Positions 62,001-64,000 of a DNA stretch of 64,000 bases are shown here, piece after piece. Positions within the stretch are counted from its first letter, which is position 1. Every line of letters begins with the position of its first letter. Source of the stretch: Tubulanus polymorphus. Lineage: Eukaryota; Animalia; Nemertea. A program made the position numbers and the translations under genes. The DNA is taken from contig NC_134027.1 of NCBI RefSeq assembly GCF_964204645.1, positions 310,001-374,000 on the forward strand, written 5' to 3'. Under the pieces are notes generated by a model, which worked only from the letters and a program-made list of their open reading frames with translations, had not been told where the DNA came from and searched no databases.

Positions 62001-63048
62001 AGCTGCAATTTATCCACAACTGTTTTCCACGAGCTATCTAAAATTAGGTAAGACATGTCATTCTATTAACAACTCAGTAATGTGATTGAGTTGGATCAAT
62101 ACAGATTGAATACTTTACCAGCATCGATATTATTAGAAGTTTTCTCTTTTGCTTTAATAGTTAGAAATGCTGTGTAATAATTCTTGAAATGAATTTCTCC
62201 AACCTTGAAAATATGAATACATCAATCACTACTGAATCACAGGTAAGATAAGGGGAGTGGGGAGAGTGATAGAGACTGAATCACAGGTAAGATAAGGAGA
62301 GTGGGGAGAGTGATAGAGACTGAATCACAGGTAAGATAAGGGGAGTGGGGAGAGTGATAGAGACTGAATCACAGGTAAGATAAGGGGAGTGGGGAGAGTG
62401 ATAGAGACTGAATCACAGGTAAGATAAGGGGAGTGGGGAGAGTGATAGAGACTGAATCACAGGTAAGATAAGGGGAGTGGGGAGAGTGATAGAGACTGAA
62501 TCACAGGTAAGATAAGGGGAGTGGGGAGAGTGATAGAGACTGAATCACAGGTAAGATAAGGGGAGTGGGGAGAGTGATAGAGACTGAATCACAGGTAAGA
62601 TAAGGGGAGTGGGGAGAGTGATAGAGACTGAATCACAGGTAAGATAACTGGGGAGAGGGGAGAGTGATAGAGACTGAATCACAGGTAAGATAAGGGGAGA
62701 GGGGAGAGTGATAGAGACTGAATCACAGGTAAGATAAGGGGAGTGGGGAGAGTGATAGAGGCCACACTGGTCACTGCAATATCTAACAATTAACATCAAT
62801 CTAACAATTAACATTAATTAACATCAATAGTTGAAAATATTTCATTATTATTGAAGAGGTGAACCCGGCTTCCGGCGGCATCGGCAAGCGAGGATAAGAG
62901 AGATTCTCGATGTTTTTACCTCAGTTTTCAGCACGTTAGGAAATTTCACATCAATAACTGATGAGCCACTGCGTAATTCCGTTTTATAATCTCCGATTTT
63001 TATTGTTACCGGGTTTTTAATTATAGCATTAATGTTTTTAGAAGCCAT
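59069..63048 (-). CDS. NICN1: Nicolin-1, 229 aa; exons 63048-62920, 62203-62119, 62037-61940, 59849-59736, 59634-59518, 59295-59191, 59110-59069
   Basis: Spliced product contains VIDVKFP, EIHFKNYYTAFL, LMPDAHCETGAQDY, LRFILQQPSPVW, GRYDVDGSYEINLLSYT*, matching the Nicolin-1 family; all introns GT-AG and in phase. Confidence 0.93.
59951..61702. mobile_element. ~1.75-kb non-coding foldback DNA element with ~575-bp near-perfect TIRs, nested in a MITE (59901-61786), in NICN1 intron 3
   Basis: aaaccattttacagttgctagcc... mirrored at 61130-61702; AT (or TA) dinucleotide on both flanks; host MITE ends ggcccggtttcac / gtgaaactgggcc. Confidence 0.92.
62231..62760. repeat. 44-bp minisatellite, 12 copies, in NICN1 intron 1
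   Basis: actgaatcacaggtaagataaggggagtggggagagtgatagag. Confidence 0.95.
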
Positions 63049-63781
63049 TATTTACGAGTTATTTCACCCAATAAAATCCCGTAAATATTGCCCGGCTGGT
63101 GCTGCCATCTCCTATAAACACGGCCTGAGTACAAATTCAATCCACACACACACGTACCACAGCCAGTTTCATTTTCCATTTAGCAATAAATATAAATAGA
63201 TTTGAATTAGCTGTGACTTAGTTTTGAATGGATATTTGGTAAATTTGCTGATGATATGTTGACTTGAATTACCCAGAACCGAGTTCAGTACTTAAGTTAA
63301 GAGAATGAATTATTTTATGCTGCTTTAGTTCGTGAAAATATATAAAATTAGTCACTTTTTAACGAGCGAACTTACAATTCAATATCAATTCTGTAAGTTT
63401 ATTGCCCAATTTCAAACGTATTCGGCCGCCCGAAATGAGAAATGCTTGTGTTTTCATGATACGAATAAAGCAATATCACGAAACAGTGATAAATTATATC
63501 ACGAGACAATGTGATAAGTAGTATTTGGTACGCACGTACGCCCACCGACATACTTGGTACTAAGTGATTGGGTTTTCCCCGTCACGCCACTGGTTACGGC
63601 GTAGAATTCTGCGCTGTAAGCTGTGTAGTAAGCTATTTTCTTCTTGAAAACGAAAGTCGGATGAATCCAAGAACAGACTGAAAGCGGTGGCGACAGAGTG
63701 AGAACGGAATATTATAAAGCAATCAACATTTTCACAACGGAACCCTCGATCCGAAAGACCCTGGGAACGTGGGTTCGATGT

Positions 63782-63955
63782 CTAATTTGATCGAGGAGAG
63801 ATGTTGATGAGTGCTGTGACGACACGTCGAATACGCGGTATACTGCACAGTAACCTACATCTAGTCGAAAACGAAACTGAACCAGAGCACTTACCAAAAG
63901 GAGATCAGGATCCGGCGGAATGGGACGTTGAGGTTAGTACAGTGCAACGGGTGCC
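63782..63955 (-). CDS. Possible 3' exons of an unidentified gene entering from beyond the window
   Basis: Minus-strand acceptor near 63956, open frame HPLHCTNLNVPFRRILISF, donor GTAAGT near 63893; no family recognised. Confidence 0.25.
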
Positions 63956-64000
63956 CTGATTAAACAACTGTTGAATTTATTAAACAATATGTGGTAGGGT

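Overview
Eukaryotic (animal) genomic DNA: AT-rich, with short GT-AG introns. The gene content suggests a marine invertebrate/lophotrochozoan (inference). Genes in order: a tandem pair of intronless class A GPCRs; a 2-exon mGluR-like class C GPCR; a tandem pair of 5-exon clan-2 cytochrome P450s; scattered fragments of another class A GPCR family; an intronless peptide-receptor-like GPCR (-); a secreted PI-PLC X-domain protein; PACC1/TMEM206 (5 coding exons); an FSIP2-like gene; and a 7-exon NICN1 (-) that the ORF track shows only in fragments. Non-coding DNA is packed with MITEs, two foldback elements, a Helitron-like element, tRNA-derived elements with telomere-like tails and many minisatellites. 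The most striking hidden feature is a 69-bp tandem array at ~31.05-31.40 kb. On the minus strand each unit folds as a minimal type I hammerhead ribozyme, suggesting a very small retrozyme/Penelope-associated unit. All identifications come from reading the sequence and recalling family motifs; no database search was run.
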